Positions 1 through 10,577 of a stretch of 64,000 bases of DNA are shown in pieces (the stretch's first letter is position 1; each line of letters starts with the position of its first letter). Location: the NCBI GenBank assembly GCA_004431415.1, contig QPMI01000692.1, positions 62,001 through 126,000 of the forward strand, in the 5' to 3' direction. The notes under the pieces were generated by a model. It saw only the letters and a list, made by a program, of their open reading frames with translations, was not told where the DNA came from and ran no database searches. Origin of the DNA: Cyanophora paradoxa CCMP329. Its lineage: Eukaryota; Plantae; Glaucophyta. The translations under genes and the position numbers were made by a program.

Positions 1-2
1 TC

Positions 3-215
3 CCACAGGAACTCGAACATGGTGATATCTACCACTTCGACACGTCCACTACGGTGCCTCTCATTCGTGAATTCCGCGAATTAAAATAGTTCGACCGCTT
101 GACGATTAAACTCATCGACCATGATGGCGCTCTCTTAGATTTCGGGGTTTGGGCGCGTTATTTCACTTTTGAAATCGAAACCTACGACGCACCGCCCGAA
201 ATGAATTTCTACTAA
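3..215 (+). pseudogene. Minor capsid (penton) protein C-terminus, with in-frame TAG at 87-89
   Basis: Frame 3 reads ...RELK*FDRLTIKLIDHDGALLDFGVWARYFTFEIE..., the l-x-I-x-l-x-D-x-x-G-x-l-x-D-F...ft-x-eI pattern of Polinton/PLV pentons. Lies immediately upstream of the putative MCP. Confidence 0.65.
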
Positions 216-262
216 GCCCTTTAAATTATTTTCTGATCCCAAAGATAAGAGAAGAAACGCTC

Positions 263-1576
263 ATGGAGACTAACAGCCAATTCCAGCGCCCAACGCTGAA
301 ATCTATGCTCACCACCGATGACTACAAGGATTATTTCCTAAACAAGTCGCTGGTCATTGGAACGTCCTCTGGCACTAAGCCACTTCGAGTTCTGGTCGCC
401 CCCGATACCGAACCAACCAATGCCCTCGGTAACCGAGTAGTTTTCAAAATCCCCCTCTACCATTTCCTGAATGGTCTCGCGCTGCAACTCGACCTTAACC
501 CGATCACCCTCACTGATCTCACGAATGGTATCGCTGGAACTACTGGCTACCTTCGCGTCATTGGATCGCTAATTAAGCGCATTGAAATCTCTCACGCTTC
601 ATTCCGCTATGTTGTCCCAGAAGATTTCGTCACCCAGTATTTTCTACTGATGACTGAACAGGGCGAACTCGATAAGAAACTTCGCTATGTGGGTGGTCTT
701 GTCGGAACCGCTGGTAACACTGTCGGTGGAACCTACGAAATCGATTTACCCTCTCCTTTCGAGAAGGCGATGTTCCCACTTTGCGCTCTGAACTCTGAGA
801 TCACAGTAGAAATCGAATTCAAGGCGCAAGGGGATGGTATTATTGAGGACACGAACAATGTTGCTAATATTGCGGTAACCAACAATGGCGCTTCCCTTCA
901 AGTGCTGAAACCCCGCGTTATTTGCAAGGTCGTAAATGCCGATTAGGCGGTTGTATCTGAGACCATTGCCCGTGTTAAATCGACTGGCATCGCGATCCCC
1001 TACAACGAAATCGGTTTCCTACACACAGATTTCCAGCCGACCGCCTCCGGTTCGCGAGTCAATCTCTCGCAACTCACAGGTGCGGGTCTCATCCACACTC
1101 TCGTATTCTCTGTGCGCCAAAACGCGAAGACGAAGGTGAACAACGGAACTCTCTCGGTTCTGGCTCCTCGTGCACTCAGAACCAACGCTGTAAGCTTCTA
1201 TGTAGAACTCAACAATAACCGCCTTTACTCGAATACTTCGCTTCCTCTCATGATTGCCGCGACCGAACTTCAAGAGAAATATAATTCGGCGATCTTTACC
1301 GAGAGCACAAGCTACCCCGCTCTCACTGGCATTTATTTCGGTGCTGGAAACGGAAAAGCGTCGCTTCTCAACCAAGAGAATACGGGCTACATCGATGCCA
1401 CAGGCACATCGGCGTTCGATCTGGTCTTCGAATTCAACGGTGTCACAACGGCAGCCGAAGGTTCATCAGAATGGTATGCGGGTGCCGCTTATCAGAAGAT
1501 GCAAATTCAGTGCATTGCCCTCGCTCATAACATAATGATAATCACAGGCGACGGTATCCGAAGAGTATCCGCATGA
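263..1576 (+). pseudogene. Putative double jelly-roll major capsid protein (~437 codons), one in-frame TAG at 944-946
   Basis: ORFs 263-946 and 1112-1576 are in the same frame with no other stop between them. Beta-rich pattern (VVFKIP, LIKRIEIS, FPLCALNSEITVEIEF, C-terminal NIMIITGDGI). Sits between penton and ATPase. Confidence 0.75.
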
Positions 1577-1621
1577 TTACCACATTCAGTCTTATTTTTC
1601 TATTGTTTTTATAGTGAAAGA

Positions 1622-2488
1622 ATGCAAAAAGGGACGACGCCCATGGATCTCGAGGAATGGAACCCGAAACAGAGGGTGAAACTTCCCGCACGATTTCTCC
1701 TTTTGGCGAAAACCAATTGTGGTAAATCGGTATTCTTAAAGTGGCTGATCAAAGAACTCGAAGACCAGATCTCGTATGTTCTGGTTTTCTAGCCTACGAG
1801 TTTCAACGGTTTCTGGGGACAAATTACAGATGAAGTGCATGATACCTGGAAACCGGAATATGTGGAGTCGATCATAGAAGCCCGCAAAAAAGCCATCATC
1901 GCGGGTAAGAAACCAAAGAATATTCTCATTGTGCTCGACGATTGTTTGGAGTCCGGAACTATCGATCTTTCGCGCGATCATTTGCTAAATAAATTGATGG
2001 CGCAAGGTCGTCATACGTTTTGTTCCGTGGCTCTAATATCGCAGAAACTAACAAAGCTTTCAACGATCATTCGCAGCAATGCGGAGTATATCATATTCCT
2101 TAGCTGGTCAAACATGCGAGAGTTTGAAGCATATCACGAGGAATTCGGGAACATGGATAAAGAGAGTTTCAAACGCATGTTCCAAGAATTCTGTCATAGC
2201 TACCAAGCGATCATTCACGATAATACCGGGTATTCTGTGCGATGGTGGGTCGAAAAAGCCGATATGATCGATGACCATCCGTTTACTAAATTCCACAAGC
2301 GGGCGGCTTTTGAAGAAAAGAAGCGCAAACAGCAAGAGGAGCAAGCGACAAAACCGCCGCCTGTCAAAGATTCGACAACTGTATGCAAAACTTTATCCAA
2401 ATTTGAGCGTGAGCTTGAAGGTATCCCCAAACTTTCGCAAATTTCGCCCAAGAAAAAGAAAATGTTAATCAAATGTAAGAGAAGATAA
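1622..2488 (+). pseudogene. A32/FtsK-like DNA packaging ATPase, one in-frame TAG at 1790-1792
   Basis: From ATG 1622: Walker A AKTNCGKS, VLVF*PT, Walker B ILIVLDDCL, GRH...ISQK...IRSN. In frame with ORF 1835-2488. Confidence 0.9.
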
Positions 2489-2490
2489 TC

Positions 2491-3174
2491 ATGGTCTACC
2501 GAAAGAAGCCTCAAACCATTCAAACGGTCGCTTCTGGTAATCCTAATCGCGGACTTGAAGAGTCTGGATTAACGTCGGGCGGCGGTCTCGAAATGCCCCA
2601 ATATCTTATAGACACTTCGCCAGAAGAGGTCGCCAAGCAAGAGGCGATTATTGCGAGTGCCACCGCGGACAAGGGCAACCAAGATAGCGGTAAACGCCGA
2701 ATGGAGGATTTAGCTACTGTAAAACCACAGATTGGAGGCGGCTCCATCGATGAAGCAACCGACAAAGTACTCAAAGCGCAAGTTGTCGCAAGCCAGCACA
2801 AGACACAAGACGTCCCGAAAGCCGCCGAAACCGAGCTTAAAAAGCGCGGATCCTATCAAAAACACACGGTTCCTGTTGACGTTGTCATGAGCTTCGAAGA
2901 GAAAGTGCGAGACCTTGAAATGAAAGTCTCTAACTATGAGAAATGGATGCAAGATTATAACGAACGCAAGAAATTAAAGGGTCTCGTAAAGAAAGAGATC
3001 TCCAAACTCGGATTAAAGCAAAAGGTCGACGTAGAGGAGATTAAAAAGGAGGAAAAGACAGATGCGCAAGCCGTTACTCGTCAGCAATCGGTCGCCCCGC
3101 AATATGCACATATAGTGCCGACTGCACCAGCGAATTTCGCGGCAATGCTCGGTGGTAAACGCCATATCCGCTAA
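2491..3174 (+). CDS. Hypothetical basic/coiled-coil viral protein
   Basis: 227-aa intronless ORF starting 2 nt after the ATPase stop. Confidence 0.65.
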   Translation: MVYRKKPQTIQTVASGNPNRGLEESGLTSGGGLEMPQYLIDTSPEEVAKQEAIIASATADKGNQDSGKRRMEDLATVKPQIGGGSIDEATDKVLKAQVVASQHKTQDVPKAAETELKKRGSYQKHTVPVDVVMSFEEKVRDLEMKVSNYEKWMQDYNERKKLKGLVKKEISKLGLKQKVDVEEIKKEEKTDAQAVTRQQSVAPQYAHIVPTAPANFAAMLGGKRHIR

Positions 3175-3336
3175 TGACTGTGAATATCCGCAAGGCAAAG
3201 CTGAACCCGCCCGTATTTAGAGCGGGTCTTAATATGAACGCCCTTGCAAAACGGGCATGTGGGTTCTGTAAACAGCATTATAAGTTCGACCAACTCATAA
3301 GGAAACACACGAGCAAGCAATAGCCTCATTCCCTTT

Positions 3337-3347
3337 TATTTTCTCCG
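3337..3347 (+). promoter_or_regulatory. Element promoter-like motif TATTTTCTCCG (also at 3917, 4486, 9820)
   Basis: Same 11-mer ends 10-31 nt upstream of four ATGs. Variants precede the MCP (227) and ATPase (~1593). Confidence 0.6.
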
Positions 3348-3378
3348 ATATTTAATACGTTGCCCAATTGTAGGGTCG

Positions 3379-3813
3379 ATGAATTTCATCACACAATGCA
3401 TCGAAATGTTTCATTTACATTTCATATCTCACTGTAAGTCCGGATGCTGCGACACAACCGTAGAGGTTGATATTACCGATGAAGACCATGGAGGTAGGCG
3501 CCTTTCTGTATATTCTAACCACAGCGACAATCACAACCACCCACGATCTCGATCACCCTCGCCTGTGACCGCGGCTATGAGTTCCAATATCGAAACCGCT
3601 CAGATAGAGGACGTGCATGTAGAGCATATTAGAAGGCGCTCATGTCCTGAGTTTGTGGAAGGTCATTTGCGCGCTGACTCCCCTTATCCGATGTATAGAT
3701 TGGATCAAATGGCATTAGGCGACGATGAAAATGTAACGAACCCTTATGTTTATCCTCAGCAACCTTATGTATATCCTCAGCAACAAGAAAGAACCGTCTG
3801 GAATGGTTATTGA
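3379..3813 (+). CDS. Hypothetical viral protein
   Basis: 144-aa ORF preceded by the element's TATTTTCTCCG motif. Contains a near-perfect in-frame 21-nt duplication (PYVYPQQ x2). Confidence 0.55.
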   Translation: MNFITQCIEMFHLHFISHCKSGCCDTTVEVDITDEDHGGRRLSVYSNHSDNHNHPRSRSPSPVTAAMSSNIETAQIEDVHVEHIRRRSCPEFVEGHLRADSPYPMYRLDQMALGDDENVTNPYVYPQQPYVYPQQQERTVWNGY

Positions 3814-3937
3814 GCGGTGAATTTTGGTGGCGATTGTATCGAGCCAAGGGCAAAAATTGAAGGTTTCGGTTAAAGGTTTTTAAGGGCAAGGGAAATAATA
3901 CAGAGTGACAAAAAACTATTTTCTCCGGTTATAGTAA

Positions 3938-4351
3938 ATGGCGAAACCCAAGATTTCAAACCAAGAGGCGATGGCGGCACAGCAGGAAAAGCGCAGACCC
4001 GGGCGACCGAAAAAGGTGATCACAGAAGAGGAGAAGGCGGAGAGATTAAGATTAAAACGCGAAAAAGACGCCGAGCGGCAGCGAAACAAGCATCAGAGAC
4101 AGAAGGAGGAGCGATTAGCCGCCGGGGAAGCGACTGTATTTACCCCGGAACAGCTACAAAAGATTGCAATTCGTAAACAGCAGCGATACCAAGACGATGA
4201 AGAGTATCGGGAGAAAATCCGAGAGAAGGCAAGGGAATACCAACGCAGAAAGAGAGCGGAACGAAAGCTGTATCCGCCGGTGAAGCCCCAGCCGCAAAAG
4301 CCCGCTGGAAGACCCCGAAAGCATGTGGTCGAGAACGCGAAAAATCCGTAG
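3938..4351 (+). CDS. Basic DNA-binding protein with two AT-hook-like motifs
   Basis: RRPGRPKK and AGRPRK motifs flank a K/R/E-rich helix. Upstream TATTTTCTCCGG. Confidence 0.7.
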   Translation: MAKPKISNQEAMAAQQEKRRPGRPKKVITEEEKAERLRLKREKDAERQRNKHQRQKEERLAAGEATVFTPEQLQKIAIRKQQRYQDDEEYREKIREKAREYQRRKRAERKLYPPVKPQPQKPAGRPRKHVVENAKNP

Positions 4352-4520
4352 CGGAAAGTATCCATACGATGCAAAAAATGATTGATTTTTTACCTCCCTT
4401 TTTATTCCCCGTATCGGTCAAAAAAGCACTTAAAGAATTGGCGACAAGGGTATGAAAAGGAAAATTTGGTAGATTGCGCCGAAATTATTTTCTCCGGTTA
4501 TTTTAAAAGAACTAATAGAG

Positions 4521-7500
4521 ATGCCGCGCGCAACCAAAAAAATCGCTAACAATGTTCGGGACGAAATTATCGGATACATTATGCAGGGATTGAGTCAGGA
4601 TTTGCTAACCGAAGAACAGGCGCATTGGGCGATGCACAACACAATGAACCGGAAGCCCAAGCTCCAAACGCTGATAGATATTCGGGATACTCTGAATGGC
4701 ATCATTAATCCCCGCGTTTTCCGCAGGGCAGAGCGGAAAGAGAAGCGCGCCGCTCGCACCCAAGTTAATATAGAAAAGCAAAAGCAAAAAGAACAAGAGG
4801 CGAAGCGTTTACAGCGCTTCGATCGCAAACAAAAACAGAAACGGGCGAAAGAGAAGAAGCTTCAAGCGAAGCAACTTAAAGAAGAGCGTAAAGCGTTAGA
4901 GGATGCGATTAAACGCATTATTCTCGATCCAATCGCCGCATACGATCCGGAAACTCTCGCAACAATTACGTTCAAGCTATGGGGACCTGGATCCGGTGCT
5001 CGGTCGTCGGAGGTAATTGTTATTCCCGGAATTCCCGGAACATATATAAAAGACAGAACCTTTGTCACCTACAAGAATATAAGAGAGACAGTTTCGGTGA
5101 GGGTGTTGCGAAACTTTGCTCTGGCAAAAATCGATAGAGTGTATGGAATTCTCACCGCTCAAAATCGTTATTATTCGGAAGAGAGAGAGATTCAATCTTC
5201 GATTTACTCGAAAACTACGATGAATTGAAGATTGGTCTGGGAACTTTCGCACAAGCATACGAGATGTTCTTCTTTAAGACACCACCAACCGAGGAACAGA
5301 AAAAACTACGCAAAGGTTTCGATGATTTTGGCGGCAGTGTCGATGATGCCTTTATAACTGTTCATGAGGTCGTGATCTATGGGGACGAAGGTGTCGAAGA
5401 TGACGGAGCCGGTGCTATACCTGGAAATCGCTATGGGTTTCTGGATGAGGAGCTTACGGACAGTATGCGATGCACCGCGATTATGAGCAAATTCACAGAC
5501 TACACATTAAATCCAAACGCGTCTGAGTTCGAAGATATTATTGAGCTTCCCAAATCATCGACATCTAACGCTTGCGGCTATGATATGATCATCTCCACAT
5601 GGGGAGCGTCCATTAAAAAGTGTCAGGAGGCGCCAAAACCGCGATATACTGACTTAACTATGTCGTACGACGGTCTCTATAAATTCTTTCACGGTCGTGA
5701 ACGCACACCTGGCGACTCTCTGGCTCTCACGCTCCGCCACATCGAGAAATTCTGTAAGAGAATCCAGACAGGCTTCCGCGTCTTTGATGTCGACGGAAAG
5801 TTAGTATACAAATTCGCGGCGGAATCAATTAACAAAAACATCTTTCCCCGCAATATTCACTTTATGATTCACAACAAGCATATTTATATATTCAACGATA
5901 ACATCAAGTCGCTCGAAATGCGCATGGCAAAGATGGAGGTCGAAGAGCTCGATGATCATGTTCCTAAGTCGACCTCTTCGTTAGCACTATACAAAATTCC
6001 GACGTGTCTTACTCACGATATCTTCGCGCACACATCCAAGGATCTGTTAAAGATCACGCAATTAAAACTATCGCCCGACGAGCGCAGTTTCATCCGCATT
6101 CTTTATACTGGGCGCGAAGGTCTGGAAGGTCTTCTATTTACGTTCCTGAAAATGCGATATGAGCCCGCTGTGAAGCTAACACCATCGAAACAAATCGACA
6201 GCATCACATTCAAAGCTAATGGCTCGATGTTCTCTATCAAAGATCCACGCACAACATCCACGCACAACAGACCACTTTATTGAGCAAGATTTCGAAACAG
6301 AAGAGTATTATAATAAGGTCTGTGAAATCGGTAAGGGGTTCCGCGAGTCGCTACTAAATGCGACGAATATCTCACATTACAGTCCGAACATGCGCGAAAT
6401 TCTCACGCACTACAAGCGATCCGCACTAAGCGGCTTTTTCTATAAGCCGAACCCGAAAGCTACCTACACAGCTGTCGATATGGCGAAGTGCTACCCTTCG
6501 ATACTGAAAGGCATGCAATATCTTCCGAAATACAATGTATTCGATGACTTCGTTCCCTTTAAAGCGGGAAGCGATATTCTCGAATACGCGATCTACTACG
6601 TGCGCGTGGTCGCGTTTGAGAGAGAGCAAGCGACTTTCGCCGACGACGAGGACATTGATTATGATGCCGCCGTTTCCCGCAAGATTGATGGAATCGAAAT
6701 TATTCTGGATCGCGCATTTTCCGTGAGTGGTCGCTGTTATAATTTCATGACAGGCTACACTCTCTCCATGCATTGGGCGGACGTAAAGGACAAGATAGAG
6801 ATTATCGCGGTCGCGGAGCCTTCGCATTTGGTGCCCAATACGTCGATCGCTGAGATGCAAAAAGTGCTGTCAAGCGACATTCAAACCACAGATAAGAAGC
6901 ACATTTTAGTGAAAGAGATCGGAATGCTCGGCAAATTCCAAGACTCGCAAACATCCACGAAAATGTTCTACAACCGTGCCGAGGCTGAGAGGTTCGCCCA
7001 AGAATGCGGAGGAACAGTAGAGGTGTTTACTTTCAATCCTAAGAATTCGAAACGTGTCAAAACTCTTAGCGAATTCGAAGGTCACATCTATTTCGTTAAG
7101 ATCAGCTCCCACCGCGAGCTCGTTAACGGATTCCTTCCTATCCACTTTCATATTTACGATCGTAACCGTGCCAATATGTTTGCGCAATACAAGCGCCTGA
7201 CAGCGCGCGGGCACAAGGTTGCCGGGATCAGAACGGACTGTCTATATATCGAAGGTTCATGGACAAGTAAGAAAGAGTTCGACCGAAATGCGTTTGAGAA
7301 CATGGGCAAATTCAGCTATATTCCCGGGAAAAGATGCCCTGAGAATGCACTCCGCCCACCGCGGGGTGTAACTCTCGAATTTCAGGATCCCGAGACACTC
7401 ATTAACCGGTTCTCGCTGAGGGACGAATTTAATCCGGAGTGCTTTCATTGGGTTGCGGAGCTCCATTAACGTCCTGAGTCTACGCATAACGTCCTGAGTC

Positions 7501-8405
7501 TACGCATTAACAAGCGGCACAAGAAGGAGACAGACCGTGAATTAATTCGGGCGATTAAAGAGGATCTCTTCGAAAACGGACTCGAAGCCTCACAGATCAT
7601 TTCAAAATACGGCTTACCGACAATTAATGATCTAAACGCTATTCCCGACGGCTACTTTGGCATCGCTTACAGAAACGAAATGACCTTAGCCTATAACAAA
7701 CTGATGCACGATAGACGGAAAGTAAATATTGCAACCGTAGAGGTCAACGGTATCAAATTCTACAAAGGTCTGGAAGTCGTTTGTCGCGGGTATCTACGCA
7801 TTTCGCGATCTGAGGGTGAGTCTATTAATGCATACACAAATTACACCTATCGAATCACCAAAATCACAAAGCAAATGGTCACATTAACTGACGTTTTCGA
7901 TGGCGTCACGTTCGAGGTTCCGTGCGCGATGTTAGAACATTTTTCTCTCCCTTATGCAGGAACAGGTCATTCAACGCAAGGTCTCACACTTGATTCGGGC
8001 ATTGTCATTTGTGAGGCTACGTTCCGCTATACCACTCGCGAATGGTTCTATACCGCTCTCACTCGTAACCGCGATCTGTCCACTGTGCTGATTTATACAC
8101 CGATTCACAGATTCCAAGGAAAGAGCGACTACATCGAATATCTGAAAACGAAGATCCGCGGATATAAATGTCAGGATCAGCGTGCCGGGCGCGATTTCGA
8201 CGAAGCGGATTATATTACGCCGGAGTGGATATTAGAGCGCAAGAAGCAACAGAAGGGCGCCTGTGCGATCTGTTCCCTTCCGATTCCGATTGAGCCGCAA
8301 GATCCGAATTACAAGCTCGTCGTGGATCGCATTAACAACAGGCGCCCACATCTTAAAGACAATTGTCAACTCGCGCATCACGGGTGCAATTGCAGCAAAA
8401 AATAA
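4521..8405 (+). pseudogene. Divergent family-B DNA polymerase fused to SF1 (PIF1/RecD-like) helicase C-terminus and HNH-like nuclease; frameshifted
   Basis: ORFs 4521-5228, 5225-6283, 6219-7469 and ~7490-8405 join after removing a (GA)n slip and 13-/20-nt duplications, with one further frame change near 7460. PolB motifs AVDMAKCYPS, KxxLVKEIGMLGK, IRTDCLY. Helicase motifs YAGTGHSTQGLT, YTALTR. C-terminal CxxC...DRINN..PH...NC..C-N. Confidence 0.8.
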
Positions 8406-8423
8406 ACAGGTTTAATTAGAAGA

Positions 8424-9806
8424 ATGTCACGGATCGTTAGAAGGGTAGCGGGCGAGGAAACGGAGACCACCATACTACCTATCGCGGTTCCTGAAACTGA
8501 GCAAGTCCCCCAAAAAATTACAAAACGCCAAGCAAAATCAAATTTATTAGGATATGTTCCTTTTAGCATTGCTAACCCGTCCTCTAAGATCGTGCGACGC
8601 ATGTATGACCCAAAGACAGGTTTTAAGAACCCGTCCGCGATATACGAAGAGCTGAGAAAAGAGGACAAGACCCTCACACTGAAAGAAGTGCAAGATGTCG
8701 CAGCGAAACAGGAATTTATGCAGATCAACAAGAAGCCCCCCGCACCGACCCAAACCGCTTTCATTCCCATCACAGCCCCGCCGTGGTGCTATCAAGCGGA
8801 TCTCATTTTTTATCTCTCATATGGCAATTATAATTCCGGCTACATTGCAGTCCTTACTCTCATTGAGATGACAAGCCGAAAAGCATATGCCAAGAAGTTA
8901 AAAAATAAGGAGGGCGCAAGTGTTGCCGCCGCTTTTGCGGAGATGCTCACAGAGCTTCCGGCTCCAATGAATCGATTGGAGACAGATAACGGCTCAGAAT
9001 TCATCGCGAAGGAGTTTCAGGAGGTCGTAAAAAATAATGGAATAGAGCACCGCTTTAAACAGGTCGGAGATCACACTTCGCTGGGAATTATGAATCGCTT
9101 TCATTTGACCTTAAAAACGATGATAAATAATTACTGTGTCGCTTATAACACAGTGCGATTTATGGATAAATTGGACGACTTCGTTTTCAATTATAATAAC
9201 ACCATTCACAGAACCATAGGAATGAAACCCGCGGATGTTAAGCTTTCTGATATGGAGCGGATCCGAGCGGCTATTATTTCAAGGAAGAACACAATCGTAA
9301 AGGATATATTCAGCGACTTTAAGCCGGGTCTCCACGTCCGTGTATTATAGCCGAGATCAAAGTTTGATAAAGGAGCAACACAAAGGTATAGCCGAGAGGT
9401 CTACAAAATTGCGGGAAGGAGAGGAAACGCGATAGAGGTGCAAGATGCAGCCGGGAACGTAATGCCGAAGCTTTTTAAGCCGCACGAGTTGCAAATCATT
9501 ACAGAGGTCGAAGCTGTGGTGGAGCCATCAGGCAACGCTATTTTAGCGGCTGATGTAGAGGCAGCTTCTATCCGGCAGGTTCAAAAAGAAGGCATAGATG
9601 TCGCAGCAAGTGTTCCAAAAGGCGCATTATTGGAAAATCGCGCAGAAAAGACAAAGAGGGCGCTGAGAGAGCTCGCTAAACTCACGATTGCCGGCACTGA
9701 GAAGCTCTCTGAGGTAAACAGTCAGCGGTGGTATAAATCATTCAAGAATCAGAGCGCAAGCTATACAGCCCCTACTACGCGCATTCTTCGGTCATCTCGT
9801 TCATAA
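8424..9806 (+). pseudogene. Retroviral-like (rve) integrase, one in-frame TAG at 9348-9350
   Basis: YQADL, LETDNGSEF, NRFHLTLK, YNNTIHRTIGMKP, then VRVL*PRSKFDKG...YSREVY continuing in frame into ORF 9438-9806. Confidence 0.92.
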
Positions 9807-9845
9807 CAAACCCCGAAATTATTTTCTCCGGTAAATATAAAAGAG

Positions 9846-10160
9846 ATGGAGGGTGAAAAGCATTTCGTGGATATTCCGTATGATAAAAAAGACGTTGCGA
9901 AATCCCTCGGTGGAAAGTGGGATCGTGAGAATTCATGCTGGTATGTCACGAAAAAAGATCACTCTCTATGCTCTCAGTTCAAAACTCTAAGCTATGAGCA
10001 AGTGTATCAAAGAAACGTGAAGGTTTACCTCGATATTCCTTATGAATTTAAGGATCAAGCGAAGGCTGAGAAAGCCCGCTGGGATCCCGTTATGAAATCC
10101 TGGTATGTCATGGGTCTCGATCACCCGCTAATGGGCAAGTTTCCGATCAAGGAGCATTAA
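9846..10160 (+). CDS. Tandem DUF5710-like repeat protein
   Basis: Two copies of (F/Y)xDIPYxxKDxAKxxxxxWDxxxxxWYV. Confidence 0.8.
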   Translation: MEGEKHFVDIPYDKKDVAKSLGGKWDRENSCWYVTKKDHSLCSQFKTLSYEQVYQRNVKVYLDIPYEFKDQAKAEKARWDPVMKSWYVMGLDHPLMGKFPIKEH

Positions 10161-10184
10161 TGTATATGTCGTTTTTTTCATTTT

Positions 10185-10577
10185 TTATGAAATTGGGAAC
10201 CTTTGCTCGACCTGTAAGTCCCACTTTCGCACTTTCAGCCTTTCTTGTATGAGTTCGTTAATGTCCCGTGCTATACCCATCGTCTTTGCTTCGGCATTTG
10301 AGCCGCATGTAAAGATATCGATCGCTAATAGCCCCTGGTCGCTATAAGAGTGAGCTGTGGCATGCGACTCATCTAATAGAAAGCCAATCGCGAAACCGGG
10401 AGGGGAAATAGAGCCATCGAAAATGCATGTGTGCTGGTGCACGATGCGCATATTGCGATCTGTGATATATTGCGATAGGTTCGCTGTGATCCACTCGGCG
10501 CATGCCTCCGGGGACTCAGTAAACGGCTCGGTTATATAGTCGAGCATAACGTGGTAGCCGCGGTATCGGGAATCCAT
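10185..10577 (-). CDS. speD: S-adenosylmethionine decarboxylase proenzyme (short prokaryotic/phage type)
   Basis: 130 aa with N-terminal GYHVMLD, LLDESHATAHSY self-cleavage motif (E-S-H) and AIDIFTCG. Confidence 0.9.
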   Translation of the reverse strand: MDSRYRGYHVMLDYITEPFTESPEACAEWITANLSQYITDRNMRIVHQHTCIFDGSISPPGFAIGFLLDESHATAHSYSDQGLLAIDIFTCGSNAEAKTMGIARDINELIQERLKVRKWDLQVEQRFPIS

